Source of the DNA: a virus
DNA: 64,000 nt
Direction: 5' to 3' (one strand)
IMG/VR virus record: IMGVR_UViG_3300020185_004854
Location: 4,544 to 68,543 of that record
The notes under the pieces: generated by a model
The model's database searches: none
Seen by the model: only the letters and a program-made list of their open reading frames with translations
What the model was told of the DNA's origin: nothing
Position numbers and translations under genes: made by a program
Shown here: one piece after another, positions 55,312-64,000 of the stretch
How positions within the stretch are numbered: position 1 is the first letter of the stretch
Layout of the letters: each line of letters begins with the position of its first letter

Positions 55312-57342
55312 TTAAGTCCAAGAATAGTTAATTCCACCGCCGTGACTTGCATCATAGTACACCAATGGCTTATCGACATAAGCGCAATTAGTGTGTTTAA
55401 TGACTCGCCTCCAATATTCATAATCATCAGCAGCTTTCATTGGCGTGAAGTCACCAACAGCATCAAACAAAGATTTATGAATTATAACACTACTACAGAT
55501 TGCGCAATTATGAACTTCAAAAAACTTTTCATCCCATATTGCAGGAAAATTATCTTTATGCAAGGAGAAGTCATACGGAGTATCTTTGTATTTATTTTTT
55601 AATATATCAAAAAACACTTCTTTATTATATAATTTATAAGAATTTTCTGGATCGTAAACTCCAGACCCTCGATACCCGTCAGTACAACTCATTTTGCAGC
55701 TCTCAGAATTCATTGTGGAGATTTGCTCGGATATCTTATTTGGTAACCAGATATCGTCATCATCACAAAAAGCGTAAAACTCTCCTTTCGCAGACTTCAT
55801 GCCAAAGTTTCTTTGAAAACCTCCTGGAACTGGAAACCCTACGACTTCTTTACTGCTAGGATCTAAGTGAATAATTTTAACACCAAGCTTCTCCCAGTCA
55901 AAAGAATAATATCTTTCATCTGTAGACTTATCATTTACAACTATAATTTCTAAATTATTATAAGTTTGAGATTTAATTGATCTAATCGTATTTAATAAAA
56001 AATCAAATCGATTGTAAGTTGCTACAATAGCAGAGACCAAAGGCATTTCATTAGATTTTGCAATTTCTTCTCCGCTTGAATAAGCATCGATTTTTCCTTT
56101 TAAGTGGTGGTGGAAATTTGAAAAATCAGTGTTTAAACAAGCCTTGGGTTTAAAGATATTTTGTTGATAAGTTAAACCTGATTGCACGAATGCAGGCTTA
56201 GCTCCCCAAGATCCACCTTCAACATTCTGACCATTCACTCCAAGGCCAATTAATTTATGAGTCTTAGAATATTTTAAATCGTAAATAGAAAAACAATCAT
56301 CATCATCATCAACTAATTCGATTGATACGTTTTCATAACCCCCAAACATATATCTCAAAATCAGTTGGTTAACGGTTTTAACTGGCAAAACTATAGATTT
56401 GTATTTGTTAATTAAAGCTTGCAAACAATCTCTTACTACAAAATGATCTCCAGGCCCTAAATGAGGAACTACGAAAGCGTGACTAGAGTCAATTAAGGAG
56501 GGGTTTGTTTTAGACAAATGAAAAGAAGAGGTGCGAGCTCCTACAAAATCTGCATATTTAGAAGGTTTATGACTAGGGAATGCAACTGAATTTTTAAATT
56601 TGCTAGACGCGGGATTATTGTGATGATCCAAGGTGCTATCTACGTATTTACTCAAAACAACTTTTGACAGAAAGCTTTGATCATCGCTGTAATTAAATTT
56701 ATAATTTTTATTTTTAGCCCAACTATCGATAGATTCAGACATATTAATACTAAGAGGAAGTTTTAAGCCACACATTCCGCCCATAATTGGAGACCAGTGA
56801 CCAGCATCATTATCATGCATACTATGCAGTGTGACGCCTGAAGATATCCAGTCGGAAACAGCAGCTTGCTCTCGAAAGTTAACTAAAGAATCTGTATCTC
56901 TAAAAATTACGTAAGAAACATTTTCATCGTCACTAGCAAAGTACCTCCAGTACATGGGGAAAATCTCAGATTCAAGAACGATCAGTTCGCATTTACCTTG
57001 AGATGCTAAAGTTTTTAACTCATCTAAGTTTGAAACTTCCGAGGAGCAGTAAAATCGACAGATCCAGTCAGGGTAAACTTCCCTTGCGACTTCAACGTTT
57101 TTTATTGCCCCGAGAGAATATACGCTTTTAGAACCGTAAACAGAAAAGCTAATTACTTTTTTATCGGATGAAGCTAATAATGACTTGTAAATAATTTTAT
57201 AAAAAGGATGAATCTCTTCCGAACTTGACTCTAGAACTTTCGCTGGTTGATCAGCTTCCTCTGTTAGTATATTTATAATTTCTTCTTTTGTTTTTTCTCC
57301 TGAATCACCTGTTAACATTTTTATGATATCGCTTTTATTCAT
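55312..57342 (-). CDS. multidomain glycosyltransferase (GT-A-like, partial GT-B and GT2 domains)
   Basis: ISFSVYG..WRY..FRDTDS..IMGGM..DQSFL; HLGPGD; VSAIVATYNR..VNDKS..RN.G..FCDDDD..DDYE. Confidence 0.8.
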   Translation of the reverse strand: MNKSDIIKMLTGDSGEKTKEEIINILTEEADQPAKVLESSSEEIHPFYKIIYKSLLASSDKKVISFSVYGSKSVYSLGAIKNVEVAREVYPDWICRFYCSSEVSNLDELKTLASQGKCELIVLESEIFPMYWRYFASDDENVSYVIFRDTDSLVNFREQAAVSDWISSGVTLHSMHDNDAGHWSPIMGGMCGLKLPLSINMSESIDSWAKNKNYKFNYSDDQSFLSKVVLSKYVDSTLDHHNNPASSKFKNSVAFPSHKPSKYADFVGARTSSFHLSKTNPSLIDSSHAFVVPHLGPGDHFVVRDCLQALINKYKSIVLPVKTVNQLILRYMFGGYENVSIELVDDDDDCFSIYDLKYSKTHKLIGLGVNGQNVEGGSWGAKPAFVQSGLTYQQNIFKPKACLNTDFSNFHHHLKGKIDAYSSGEEIAKSNEMPLVSAIVATYNRFDFLLNTIRSIKSQTYNNLEIIVVNDKSTDERYYSFDWEKLGVKIIHLDPSSKEVVGFPVPGGFQRNFGMKSAKGEFYAFCDDDDIWLPNKISEQISTMNSESCKMSCTDGYRGSGVYDPENSYKLYNKEVFFDILKNKYKDTPYDFSLHKDNFPAIWDEKFFEVHNCAICSSVIIHKSLFDAVGDFTPMKAADDYEYWRRVIKHTNCAYVDKPLVYYDASHGGGINYSWT

Positions 57343-57347
57343 TATGT

Positions 57348-58763
57348 TTATTTTTTAGGTTTAACTTCATCTGAAAACAATATATCGTCACAGCTATCTT
57401 TGCCAGTGATGCATAACCAGTGAGGGTGATTACCCTCTTCAAAGTTGAAGATTGTTTCTTCTCTAGTTTCTGCGTATAAAACTCTTTTATCAAGCCTTGG
57501 GGCGAAAATTTTCGGAGGAGTCTCCCTACCCTTCGCTAAAGTACAAGCCCAAAAACTAAAAGAAGAATTGGCTCTAAAAATAGTTCGAGCAAAATAAAGC
57601 CTTAAGAAGTCTGGGAGCCAGTCAAAAATAACTCCGTTTGTGTAGCTAGTCCCCTCTGGGTACCTCCAAGAACTTCTTTGATTATTATTTATTAAACCTT
57701 GAGTGATAGCATTTCCAACGCCCCACTTATTAGCCCAATCGTCAGAGGTCCATTGAATTTCTTTAGGGTCGAAACCATATTTAGAAAAACATTTTTCATA
57801 AGCCTCCTTACTAATTGTAGAATAACCGCCGTTAGATGAGTAGTTTACATCTGATATATCATCTCTGCGCAAATGAGCGATGTCATAAGTTCCTTGGATA
57901 TCCTCTAGCCTTTTATAAATATCTAAATTTTTAACTTCATCATTAAATTCATACCATTTTAAAACATCAGAAAGCTTCATATGTTTAAAAATTTTACTGT
58001 GGTAAGCTGAGACGCTATCTATGGCAACAGCTTGGTTGTACTTTTTGTAAGTTTCATTTGGGTTATCTGGACTGATGTATTTAATATCATAAGAACTTCG
58101 AGAGCTGAAATTCTCAACAGCAGCAATTCTACTATCAAATGTATCAAATTCAGCAGCTGTTTGATTAATGCGAGATCTTAATTCGTCATCTTCAATAATG
58201 CTGTAATCTAAGTTTTTGAATAAAAATTTACCCTCCCAGTCGGACGGTAAAAAGAGTTCGCCATTGAGCATGGTAGCTCTATTTTTTAGATATGCGTAGG
58301 TATGCATTCTATTCCCAAAGCGACCATTCCAGTGAATTAAGAAAACATCGTTACTCTTTTTCTTTGGTAGGTTGAGATTGCGATTAACTTTAGGCGGAGC
58401 CGATTTTCGATTAGTTCCTAATTGTAAGGATCTAGTTTTAACTTCTGAAATAAACTGATTAATTCGATCTTGACTATCAGTGATATCAAAAACTAAATCC
58501 ACAATGCGATTTAATGATTTAGAGGGGTCGAACTTTTCACTTTCTCCACTCGAATTAACTTCTGAAACTTGAGAGTTTTCTTCTAGTGTTTTTTCTTCAG
58601 TTTGTTCTTTGGGTGTTTTTTCACCAGATAAAAGCTCAATTAATTCTGAACGTTTTTGCTTAGAATTATTAGAGGGTTGGCTTTCTTTAGAATCACTGCT
58701 GCTAGTAAGCATTGCGATGAGATCGTTTTTGTTTGAATTAGTGAATTTCTTTTTCGTTTTCAT
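57348..58763 (-). CDS. GT11-like (fucosyltransferase-type) glycosyltransferase
   Basis: GRFGNRM, AHLRRDD, SDD, DF, ANSSFSFWA. Confidence 0.75.
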   Translation of the reverse strand: MKTKKKFTNSNKNDLIAMLTSSSDSKESQPSNNSKQKRSELIELLSGEKTPKEQTEEKTLEENSQVSEVNSSGESEKFDPSKSLNRIVDLVFDITDSQDRINQFISEVKTRSLQLGTNRKSAPPKVNRNLNLPKKKSNDVFLIHWNGRFGNRMHTYAYLKNRATMLNGELFLPSDWEGKFLFKNLDYSIIEDDELRSRINQTAAEFDTFDSRIAAVENFSSRSSYDIKYISPDNPNETYKKYNQAVAIDSVSAYHSKIFKHMKLSDVLKWYEFNDEVKNLDIYKRLEDIQGTYDIAHLRRDDISDVNYSSNGGYSTISKEAYEKCFSKYGFDPKEIQWTSDDWANKWGVGNAITQGLINNNQRSSWRYPEGTSYTNGVIFDWLPDFLRLYFARTIFRANSSFSFWACTLAKGRETPPKIFAPRLDKRVLYAETREETIFNFEEGNHPHWLCITGKDSCDDILFSDEVKPKK

Positions 58764-59854
58764 AGATTTAAAATTTCGTTTGTTAACATATTATAAATGT
58801 AATTCCTAGTTTTTAAATTAGCCTCTAAAAAATCTAAGAGTTTTTGTTCTCCTTGAACTTTTTCAGGAAAATCAAACCCCTCTTTCTTGAGGTTTGATAG
58901 TAATTCTTCGTCAGTAGATATCCAAGCTCCTTTTTGCTCTAAAAATCCCCAATTTTTTAACAAGTCAATGATTTCTTTTTCTATCCATATTGAGTTGCCA
59001 TCACTCCTTCCATAGCGTATGGGGTAACGCACTTGAGCTCCAGTTTTTTCATTCACACTTTTTCGAAAAACAACTTTGCAATAGTGACCAATTGGATCAC
59101 CTTTGTCTTCTAGTCTAGCCGCAGAAGGATTTGTGAACATTATGTCAGAATTATACCTTTCTTGAAATTCACATATGTAATTTGCGTAATGCTTAATAGC
59201 GTTCCCGCCAGCCTGTTTCACTTTTGGACCACCCCTTGCTGCATATGGATTAGTCGAAACTTCTACTCGAACCTGAGAAGTTAAAATAAGCATGTGCCCC
59301 ATTTTTGTTAATGGTAGTATGACTTTTTTTAAAAACACTGAGGTTATAAGAGCTCCACCAGCAACTTGCTCGCTATCTTCAAAAGCTTTGTTGTAGTCAT
59401 TTAAACGGCATAAAGCATCAACACTATCAATGATAAATAAATATTTTTTATTATCTGAATTATTTGATATAAGCTCTCTTAGTAATTCGAAAACTTTTTC
59501 ATAAACATTACAATCAAATTTAAAGAATTTATCAGAAGACTGGTCTATCCCGCACCTTTTTAATAATTCTGGACTTAACCTCCCCTCACTCTTAACATAA
59601 ATAACCATGCCGTCTTTTTTGAAATGCTCTTGAAAATTTTTTGCAACAGTTAGAGCGCAGCTTGTTTTACCCCCCTCATTAACGCCAGTAAATCGATGCG
59701 CTCCAGAGCAAAACCCGCCATTTAAAGCTAGATCGAGATTTAAACTCCCCGTTGGGATCTTATAATCCAAATCTTCGTAATCGTTATAGTGGTACTTTAC
59801 ATTATCTTTATCTTTTAAAAATTTTTCGATTTGATCTGGTGTTTTATTTTTCAT
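58760..59854 (-). CDS. recA: RecA/UvsX recombinase
   Basis: IPTGSLNLDLAL.GG, GVNEGGKT, IIDSVDAL, SQVR, GGNAIKHYA. Confidence 0.92.
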   Translation of the reverse strand: MKNKTPDQIEKFLKDKDNVKYHYNDYEDLDYKIPTGSLNLDLALNGGFCSGAHRFTGVNEGGKTSCALTVAKNFQEHFKKDGMVIYVKSEGRLSPELLKRCGIDQSSDKFFKFDCNVYEKVFELLRELISNNSDNKKYLFIIDSVDALCRLNDYNKAFEDSEQVAGGALITSVFLKKVILPLTKMGHMLILTSQVRVEVSTNPYAARGGPKVKQAGGNAIKHYANYICEFQERYNSDIMFTNPSAARLEDKGDPIGHYCKVVFRKSVNEKTGAQVRYPIRYGRSDGNSIWIEKEIIDLLKNWGFLEQKGAWISTDEELLSNLKKEGFDFPEKVQGEQKLLDFLEANLKTRNYIYNMLTNEILNL

Positions 59855-59855
59855 A

Positions 59856-60227
59856 TTATTTCTTAAAAAAAGTTCTTATAGTTTTTTTGTCAATTGGGTA
59901 CTTAGTAGGTTCAGTTATATCTTTGTTGAATTTATACGGTTTATATTTAGGGGGGGCATAGTGGAATCTTTTCCATTTCTTATAAAGTATTTTAAACCAT
60001 AAGCGGTTTTTTTTATCTAAAAACATCGCCAAAGATGGCACCCTTCCGTTTTTACAAGGAGCATCTTGAAGGCTTAATGTGGACCAAAAATTCTCATCAG
60101 GAAACTTTTTAAAAAGCTTTCTAAATAAAATAGTTTCTTTCTTCCAGAAGGAAATAGCAGACTTTGCTCGTCCGTCTTTCGGACAAGTGAGCACTCTTGA
60201 TAAAACATCTTTGTAATTAAAATTCAA
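59856..60227 (-). CDS. hypothetical protein
   Basis: start revised because the track start TTG 60272 is the -35 box of TTGACA-17-TATAAT. Confidence 0.55.
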   Translation of the reverse strand: MNFNYKDVLSRVLTCPKDGRAKSAISFWKKETILFRKLFKKFPDENFWSTLSLQDAPCKNGRVPSLAMFLDKKNRLWFKILYKKWKRFHYAPPKYKPYKFNKDITEPTKYPIDKKTIRTFFKK

Positions 60228-60243
60228 AATATATACAACCTCT

Positions 60244-60272
60244 ATTATATATATAATAAAAATAAATGTCAA
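60244..60272 (-). promoter_or_regulatory. consensus sigma70 promoter TTGACA-17-TATAAT
   Basis: perfect consensus upstream of the recA operon. Confidence 0.85.
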
Positions 60273-60319
60273 GATAATTAAATTATTATTTAATTATTTA
60301 CATTTAAATAGCGTGTTTT

Positions 60320-63300
60320 TTAACAGGATTTTAAGAAATATGCGTCTCCCTCAATCCTGCCACAGTAACCAGCGCTTACAATTTCTTTCCCCTCACAAAT
60401 ACCTACGAAGTCTTCAAAGGCATTTGTTACGTCTATCTCCGTAGTTGACTCCCCACTATAAGTGGAATTTTTACCGCAATCTGATTCTTGAAATAGATCA
60501 ATTAAATTGATAACCTCATCTAAGCAAGAACAAACACTAGAGTTAGTTTGACCACTGATTGTCGCGTGAGGTTCGCCTGCGAGCTCATCGTCTTCACATA
60601 TATTTGAAGTGTTATATATATCAAAAAGTCTAGTGGCACCATTAAAACTTTGACAAGCCATAGGGAGATTGCAATTTCTGCTTCCGCTGAAACTAGGTAA
60701 AGAGTTGAGGGCGGAAAGTGTTGTAGCTTGCGAAAAAGAGGTGAGATTCGATGAGTATGTGAAGGAAGCACTTGCTGTAATCTGGCAACCAACTTTTTCG
60801 AAACTAACAGGAATTTGCATATAATGAGCTGAACCGTCGTTAACTGCAAGCACTAATTCCCCTGGAAAACCAACACTAAGACCTCCAGTAGTCATGACGA
60901 TGGGGATTGGTTTGGGCCTCTTTGGAAATGTCAGTATTAAAGTATATTGTTCTATCGAATAACGTTTCTCACAAGGGTGAACGGTTCCCGAAATAGATAA
61001 CGTCGCAGCAGAAAAACTAACCGCATTTTGAACATTTAAGGTGATAGAGAAATCCATAGGAATTTCTAGGTCGGAATCAGTAGACTTACAGCAATCTCCA
61101 GCTCGTAAGCCTTTTTCTGTACAAAGCTTGACACCCACACTCGATAAATTGTCACATAATGTATCAAACTCACAAGTGCCTAGATCACTCGAGTCTGGTT
61201 CAAATTCTTCCGCCTGCCTATGCTCGAGCCATTGAACATTATTATTTAAATTACCAATATTACAACGCCCCCAGTTAGTATTAACTTGAGGGGGAAATCC
61301 TTGACAGTCATAAACTTGCTCTTGAACAATTGATAAACTTTCAATGCTAGTTGTACTGTCAGGATAGTCTATGCAGACGTTAGTTTGCTGCTTATGGAAA
61401 ACATTGGTGGGGTCACCTGCCTGTTCACATGCGGATTCTTGAAATGCAACAGAGCGTGAGCAACACTCATCACTCCCTGAAAATTTTACAGGTTCTTTTT
61501 TGATCAATTGAACTGTTGGTGAACCTGAACTACTCACTCCACCTTCATTGATTGAAACCGTGGCGAAACCTTCGCAACTACCCGTTTTCCCAATACAAGT
61601 TTCATTGGTGCAGTCCAAGCATGTAGGGGTCGGAGTAGAGAAGTCACATTTTTCATCACCACAATTTTTCACCTCTTCAAGATTATTAAAACTACCTCCA
61701 GCAATCGAATCGCCGTTTGAAGCGCAAAAAATGTGGTGATCAACTGATTCTGATTGATAGCAATTTCTATTGTAACTATAATAACCAGAAGAGGGCGGCT
61801 CAGAACCATCACAAACTTCCCAATAGGTATAACCACCGTCAGTGGGTAGAGATAAAGCTCCTTGCACGCATTTAATTCTTTGGTAACACTTGCAAGTTGG
61901 AGTCGGGGTTGGGGTTGGGGTTGGCTTGTTGCAATCCGCATCCCTACAACTCTCCACACTTCGAACTTCAGAATAATTCCGACTTGACCTTTTGCTAACA
62001 CCACATGGAATCTCCGACGAGCTTTTTACGCATATGAGATTTTGCCCAGAACCCACAGCAAAAATACCACTGGGGGGATCGCTCCAATTACAAACTGAAA
62101 CCGTTTGAATAGTGTCGTCGCATAAAGTTTCTTTGTAACACTTACAAGTTGGAGTCGGGGTTATAGTTGGAGTCGGCTTTATGCATGATTCTGCTTCACA
62201 GTCACTAACTGAATTGCAAGAATTCGTATCAAGACCAAGCTTTGATGTTGACGCGCACAAGGAATCATCAACAAGTTCGAGTTTAGTGCAAAGCGTTGAC
62301 TGTCCACTGCCGCATCTATTAAAACCATCTGAGATAGAGCTTGAGCCACAATGAAATCCATATTGAGGAGTTTCTTCATCGCAATCAATTCTACTATAAC
62401 ATTTGCAAGTTGGGGTTATAGTTGGAGTTGGAGTTGGGTCACACTGATCGCAAGTTTCTATAGCTTCACAATCTGAAGCGTCAAAGTCTTTAGCATTTCG
62501 ACATGCGAGGAAAAACGGTTGGAAGTTACCACATTTTTCGCCACACCTATAAAACCCTGGAGTAGCGATCTGACTAACCCCCCCTATGACATTAACTCTC
62601 GACCTTGATCCAGCTGGACAATCCGAGTAGATGTAACATCTTGTTGTGGGGGTTGGGGTTGGGGTTGGGGTTGGTTTTTGACATATTTCATCTTCACAAT
62701 CGTTAATAGTTTCCTGGCTGCAATTGGATAATTCAATATCTCCGAACCCATCGCATTTATTAATATCAACACTCTCAAATAAGAAACACTCTTCTTCTTG
62801 CCCATGACCGCAAAGTTTGTATACATTATTTAATTGCTGGTTTGAATTGTTATATCCATAAGTAACTTTTTGATTGATACAACTCGTTTTCGAGACACAA
62901 TCTAGGGTTTTAGTTGGGCTAGGAGTTGGAGTAGGATCAGGCGTAGGAGTCTTTGTTGGAGTAGGAGTCTTGGTCCCAGTCTGTGTTTTGGTTGGAGTAG
63001 ATGTGGACGTTGGTGTTACTGTACTGGTTGTTGTAGGCGTCGGAGTCTTGGTCCCAGTCTGTGTTTTAGTTGGAGTAGATGTGGACGTTGGTGTTACTGT
63101 ACTGGTTGTTGTAGGCGTCGGAGTCTTGGTCCCAGTCTCTGTTTTAGTCGGAGTAGATGTGGACGTTGGTGTTACTGTACTGGTTGTTGTAGGCGTCGGA
63201 GTCTTGGTCCCAGTCTCTGTTTTAGTCGGAGTAGATGTGGAGGTAAGCGTAGGTGTTGGCGTCGGAGGTACACAAGGAGAGCTATTGCAATTTGCTGATT

Positions 63301-64000
63301 CATAAGATGTTATATTTGAGCCAAAGTTACTATAGTCAGAGGGGCAAAATGCGATAATCGATAGAAATTCTGTAAAAGATAAACATTTATAAAAACCATT
63401 ACTAGTGTATGCAGCTTTTGTTCCACTAGCATCACTAGGAGCATTTTTGTATTTACCAAGACTGATCCCCTCGCAATCATTAACTTCTACACACTCTACA
63501 ATTACTTCAGTTTCAGAAGGTGTTGGTGTTGGTGTTGGTGTTGGTGTAGGCTCTATCTCAGGACACTCGAGGCAACTTGCTAAAAGTGAAACTTGTTTAG
63601 GCAAGCCAGAAGCAGCCCAAAAGGTAATTTCCCCACCAATACAATTTACTACCTCAGCAGTTGAACAATGATCAAAGTCACCAAAGGTTCCGAAAATATT
63701 ATAAGTATTATCGTAGAGGAAGTGTTGTACAACGCCAGTCTTACAGTTAAGTAACTTAACACAATTTTCTGTTCTCGTGGGTGTAGTTGTTGGTGTTATA
63801 GTGACTGTTGAAGTAAATGTGGAGGTAGGAGTTCGTGATAAAGTCGCTGTCTGTGTTGGAGTAGATGTGGACGTTGGTGTTACTGTACTGGTTGTTGTAA
63901 CCGTCGGAGTCTTGGTCCCAGTCTCTGTTTTAGTCGGAGTAGATGTGGACGTTGGTGTTACTGTACTGGTTGTTGTAGGCGTCGGAGTCTTGGTCCCAGT
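60320..64000 (-). CDS. very large Cys-rich, Thr/Pro mucin-like protein (5' end beyond the window)
   Basis: frame stays open from 60320 to the window edge; Cys-rich modules separated by PT linkers. Confidence 0.85.
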   Translation of the reverse strand, partial: TGTKTPTPTTTSTVTPTSTSTPTKTETGTKTPTVTTTSTVTPTSTSTPTQTATLSRTPTSTFTSTVTITPTTTPTRTENCVKLLNCKTGVVQHFLYDNTYNIFGTFGDFDHCSTAEVVNCIGGEITFWAASGLPKQVSLLASCLECPEIEPTPTPTPTPTPSETEVIVECVEVNDCEGISLGKYKNAPSDASGTKAAYTSNGFYKCLSFTEFLSIIAFCPSDYSNFGSNITSYESANCNSSPCVPPTPTPTLTSTSTPTKTETGTKTPTPTTTSTVTPTSTSTPTKTETGTKTPTPTTTSTVTPTSTSTPTKTQTGTKTPTPTTTSTVTPTSTSTPTKTQTGTKTPTPTKTPTPDPTPTPSPTKTLDCVSKTSCINQKVTYGYNNSNQQLNNVYKLCGHGQEEECFLFESVDINKCDGFGDIELSNCSQETINDCEDEICQKPTPTPTPTPTTRCYIYSDCPAGSRSRVNVIGGVSQIATPGFYRCGEKCGNFQPFFLACRNAKDFDASDCEAIETCDQCDPTPTPTITPTCKCYSRIDCDEETPQYGFHCGSSSISDGFNRCGSGQSTLCTKLELVDDSLCASTSKLGLDTNSCNSVSDCEAESCIKPTPTITPTPTCKCYKETLCDDTIQTVSVCNWSDPPSGIFAVGSGQNLICVKSSSEIPCGVSKRSSRNYSEVRSVESCRDADCNKPTPTPTPTPTCKCYQRIKCVQGALSLPTDGGYTYWEVCDGSEPPSSGYYSYNRNCYQSESVDHHIFCASNGDSIAGGSFNNLEEVKNCGDEKCDFSTPTPTCLDCTNETCIGKTGSCEGFATVSINEGGVSSSGSPTVQLIKKEPVKFSGSDECCSRSVAFQESACEQAGDPTNVFHKQQTNVCIDYPDSTTSIESLSIVQEQVYDCQGFPPQVNTNWGRCNIGNLNNNVQWLEHRQAEEFEPDSSDLGTCEFDTLCDNLSSVGVKLCTEKGLRAGDCCKSTDSDLEIPMDFSITLNVQNAVSFSAATLSISGTVHPCEKRYSIEQYTLILTFPKRPKPIPIVMTTGGLSVGFPGELVLAVNDGSAHYMQIPVSFEKVGCQITASASFTYSSNLTSFSQATTLSALNSLPSFSGSRNCNLPMACQSFNGATRLFDIYNTSNICEDDELAGEPHATISGQTNSSVCSCLDEVINLIDLFQESDCGKNSTYSGESTTEIDVTNAFEDFVGICEGKEIVSAGYCGRIEGDAYFLKSC
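62964..63241 (-). repeat. 78-bp coding tandem repeat (26 aa TSTSTPTKTETGTKTPTPTTTSTVTP)
   Basis: GGAGTCTTGGTCCCAGTC recurs at 62964, 63042, 63120 and 63198. Confidence 0.92.
63855..64000 (-). repeat. second block of the same 78-bp repeat
   Basis: unit recurs at 63906 and 63984 and runs off the window. Confidence 0.9.

Noticed and set aside
200-61739. Most other short plus-strand and nested ORFs in the track
   Set aside because: They lie within well-supported minus-strand genes and show no motifs.
62874-63671. Plus-strand Val/Gly-rich ORFs
   Set aside because: Antisense shadows of the Thr/Pro repeats.
62964-64000. Regularly spaced repeats suggestive of a CRISPR array
   Set aside because: The whole 78-bp unit repeats with no unique spacers and is in-frame coding.
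1-64000. Stop-codon reassignment
   Set aside because: Conserved genes are full length in code 11, and TAA, TAG and TGA all terminate genes.

Overview
AT-rich, gene-dense 64 kb segment of a large dsDNA bacteriophage (jumbo-phage-like). Almost all genes are on the minus strand and read in code 11. 1-13 kb: many small early-type ORFs behind sigma70 promoters, plus HPF, MazG, an SF2 helicase, a macrodomain protein, UvsE and RuvB. 14-35 kb: sugar/glycan-modifying genes (several glycosyltransferases, methyltransferases, TagD, HldD, LhgO), a cluster of SpeD, aminoacyl-tRNA-protein transferase, Cys-less QueF and CPF-motif genes, tRNA-Thr, a sigma factor and a porin. 36-46 kb: SSB-like protein, GuaC, a second sigma-like factor, a plus-strand APS kinase/nucleotidyltransferase-HAD-PPase cassette, tmRNA and ClpC. 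46-60 kb: replisome (split DnaE with epsilon, exonuclease, primase, DnaB, RecA). 60-64 kb: 3' part of a very large Cys-rich, mucin-like Thr/Pro protein. Main candidates for new biology: (i) a phage tmRNA with a 34-residue acidic non-canonical tag next to a ClpP-docking ClpC; (ii) a tRNA-dependent aminoacyl-transfer and tailoring module; (iii) a glycosylated mucin-like virion protein system; (iv) two promoter classes that both give (near-)leaderless mRNAs. The host is tentatively Verrucomicrobia/Opitutales-like (inferred from HPF style, porin, sigma70 promoters and lack of Shine-Dalgarno sites). All family calls are by motif recognition, not database search.
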